Source of the DNA: Geosiphon pyriformis uo1
Lineage: Eukaryota > Fungi > Glomeromycota
NCBI GenBank assembly: GCA_016748015.1
Contig: JAAOMT010000070.1
Location: forward strand, 1 to 64,000
Length of the DNA: 64,000 nucleotides
Direction of reading: 5' to 3'
Shown here: one piece after another, positions 61,409 to 64,000 of the stretch
Layout: the number at the start of each line of letters is the position of its first letter
How positions within the stretch are numbered: position 1 is the first letter of the stretch
The notes under the pieces: model-generated
Told to the model about the DNA's origin: nothing
Seen by the model: only the letters and a program-made list of their open reading frames with translations
Databases searched by the model: none
Position numbers and translations under genes: made by a program

Positions 61409-62735
61409 TCAGAATATATTATATTGAAAAACAGAAAGAATTCAGATCAACCACTTAAAGTAATTACAGAAGCAGAAAAAAAACAATACTATACAATATG
61501 TATTCAAATCTGACAGCAGGACATTTTCATAAAGAAGCAACTATGGAAAGAACCAAAAAGAAATATTATTGACCATTAATGTATTCAGACATTATCTAAT
61601 ATGTTCAAAGTTGTAATGCTTGTCAAAAAAAAAGAGGAACAAGATTCAGTAAACTATTAAAACCAATCAAAATGAAACAACTATTTGATTAAATTGGAAT
61701 TGACTTAGCCAGATCATTAACAATAACCAACAAAAAAAATAGATATATTACAATAGTTATAGATTATCTTACTAAATGGCCAAAAGCAAAAGCAATCTAA
61801 AGAGCAGATGTAAAATTTGTTGTCAAATTTGTTCATTAAGATTTAATCTGTTAATACAGATGTCTAAAAGAATTGTTATTTGACCAAGGAACTCACTTTG
61901 TAAACAGAATATTAGCAGAATTAAGTCAAAGATTTGGAATCAAAAAACCATTGTTATCATTATATCATTCACAAATTAATGGCTTAATTAAAAGCTTCAA
62001 TGGAACATTGTGTAAAACAATAGCCAAAATCAGCCAAAAAAACCAGAATAAATGAAATTTGTTTATACTATTAGTATTATTTGCTTATTGGACAATAAAG
62101 CAAGACACTACACAAATTACATCATTTGAATTAGTATATGATAGAACAGCAACAATACTAGTTAAAATAGAAATCAAAACATATTTAACAGAACCAATAA
62201 CAGAAGAGAATTTCCAAGAAAGATTGATGAAAAAAACATATAACTTGATAGAAACACTAGAAAACAAATGGCAAAAAGCAGCTAATAATATTTAGAAGTT
62301 ACAAAAAAAACAAAAAAAAAGACACAATAACCAATTACCAAATAAACCAGTTGAATTCAGGATTGAAGATAAAGTACTTTTACATTGTACCAAAATAGAA
62401 AAACAATGAAGTGGAAAATTTGACCCCAAATGAGACAGACCATTTTACATAGAAGAAATTCTAAGAAATAGAGCTTATAAATTAAAATAGAACAACAAAA
62501 TCTTAGCCAAAGTAGCACATAATAATCGATTAAAACCATATCATACTATAGCATTATTACTAACCAATAATATTTTACAATTGGAAGTAGAGAGAATAAT
62601 AATTCAATCAGAAGAAATTCTATGAGATTTAGAACTAATAATAATTATCAACACAAACACATCAAATTATGACATCAAAACTCTATATAAAGAATTAGCA
62701 CACAACAAAAGATACCAGAAAAATAGAAATTACTA
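61409..62735 (+). pseudogene. B1 integrase, remainder
   Basis: ORFs 61873 and 62059; colinear with the B2 integrase. Confidence 0.9.
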
Positions 62736-63355
62736 ACAATATCTATATACTGACACAACAACTTTTTCAACTAATTTAACAACAAAATATGAAAATTACA
62801 ATTAACCAACAAATCATTCAATATAAAAATACAAAGAAGAAGTCTTAATATGAAGTACAAAGAAAACCAGAAAACATTGTCAACAGGATAATTTTAAAAG
62901 TAAGAATAACAATAGAAGTACAAACAAAAGTTATACCATACCAAAAATTGACCAAAAAAACTTAGAACTAGTGGATACAACAATTTCTAAAAAACTTTTG
63001 TTATTTTTACTTGAGACAATATTTGAATATTTAAAACTTATATACAGATAAAACAAAGTGAATATTTGATACAAAAATACTACAACAACTTGAACAATTT
63101 GTGGGAAAAAACAATCTAACTATACAAACACAAGCAATATATTGATTACAAGCTGGATTTCAAGACCAACCAGAAATACTACTCAATCTAAAAATGAATA
63201 CAGTTACCACTAATCAAATAAGTAAGATAATCAATGTCCAATTTAAGAAATTACAGGTTAAAATAACACAAGTAATTTTTGAAAAAGAAGTTCAAGATAT
63301 AATTCAATTGGGAGAATTAGAAAAATTAGGAGATTTTGATGAAGCTCAATATTAA
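62723..63355 (+). pseudogene. B1 ORF3
   Basis: (M>I)EITNNIYILTQQLFQ..CYFYL(G>R)QYL..DFDEAQY*; colinear with B2 ORF3. Confidence 0.78.
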
Positions 63356-63369
63356 AAAGAAGAGAATAA

Positions 63370-64000
63370 TATTACTTATAAAATATAGAAATTATATTAA
63401 TATATAAATTAGCCAATCAGAAGTAGACATAATAAATAGAGAATTCTAAGATTCCTCTCAAAAAAATTGCAAAATTCCAAGAATTTCAGGATTCTTGATG
63501 CAAAAAATTAAGAAATTGAAAAATCTCAATTATGTATATATAGTAGTAGTATTAGAAACAGAAAAGACAAACATCTGAGTTTCATTTCCTAGTTAACATC
63601 TATATACTTTATCAATAAATATATTTATTAATTTTATCAATTTAATTATTTACTATTAATACTTTATGTTGATAGTAAATTATACTTAACCATACTGAAA
63701 CAATAGCTCTTGATCATGACTATTGATGGAATACTAATTTGCCTTGGTTTAATTTCTTTATTTTTTTTTATTTTTTTTATTTTTTTATTTTTTTATTTTT
63801 GTTTGTTGTTTACTAAATTAAGTAAAAATTAAATGCTGAATTGTTAATGTCAAAGAACTGGTAAAAAACCCAGAAACAAGGATAGAAACTCATAGAATTG
63901 AGAATAGCTTACCAGAAGATTACTGGCCACCATATTAAGAAAAAAATTCAAGGAATTGCAATTCCAAGAGACTACAGATAAAACAACTATTAAATCTCTG
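63370..64000 (+). repeat. B1 3' LTR (truncated by window end)
   Basis: Preceded by PPT AAAGAAGAGAATAA; matches 33314 onward. Confidence 0.92.

Larger units (their letters stand above)
33314..64000 (+). mobile_element. Ty3/Gypsy family B copy 1 (B1), split by B2 at 40373-61408; 3' LTR runs off the window
   Basis: 5' LTR + PBS at 34138; integrase frame FITHQ|NILY resumes at 61409; PPT + LTR at 63356-63370. Confidence 0.92.

Noticed and set aside
1-64000. Host protein-coding, tRNA or rRNA genes
   Set aside because: None recognised; essentially all sequence is accounted for by transposable elements

Overview
Gene-free, very AT-rich eukaryotic heterochromatin-like block made entirely of nested transposable elements. 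The repeats resemble those I recall from Glomeromycotina fungi such as Geosiphon pyriformis; this is an inference and not verified. The base layer is three APE-RT-RNaseH LINEs plus LINE debris. Inserted into it are one pogo/Tigger DNA transposon carrying cargo and four Ty3/Gypsy LTR families (A, B, C and a probable fragment of D), nested up to four levels deep, with four solo LTRs. All copies are pseudogenised by pervasive C>T/G>A transitions. The main candidate novelty is the Gypsy architecture, read from four near-complete copies of families A, B and C. One frameshift-free Gag-PR-RT-RNaseH polyprotein ends at a stop after RNase H, and integrase is a SEPARATE ATG-initiated ORF. A ~210-240 aa non-env ORF3 lies before the PPT (clear in A and B, probable in C). 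Families A and B additionally carry a Cys-rich multi-zinc-finger plus dUTPase module between protease and RT, and a long Gag N-terminal extension that appears to start at GUG. Coordinates were counted by hand: LTR, TIR and TSD ends should be within a few bases, and domain borders are approximate.
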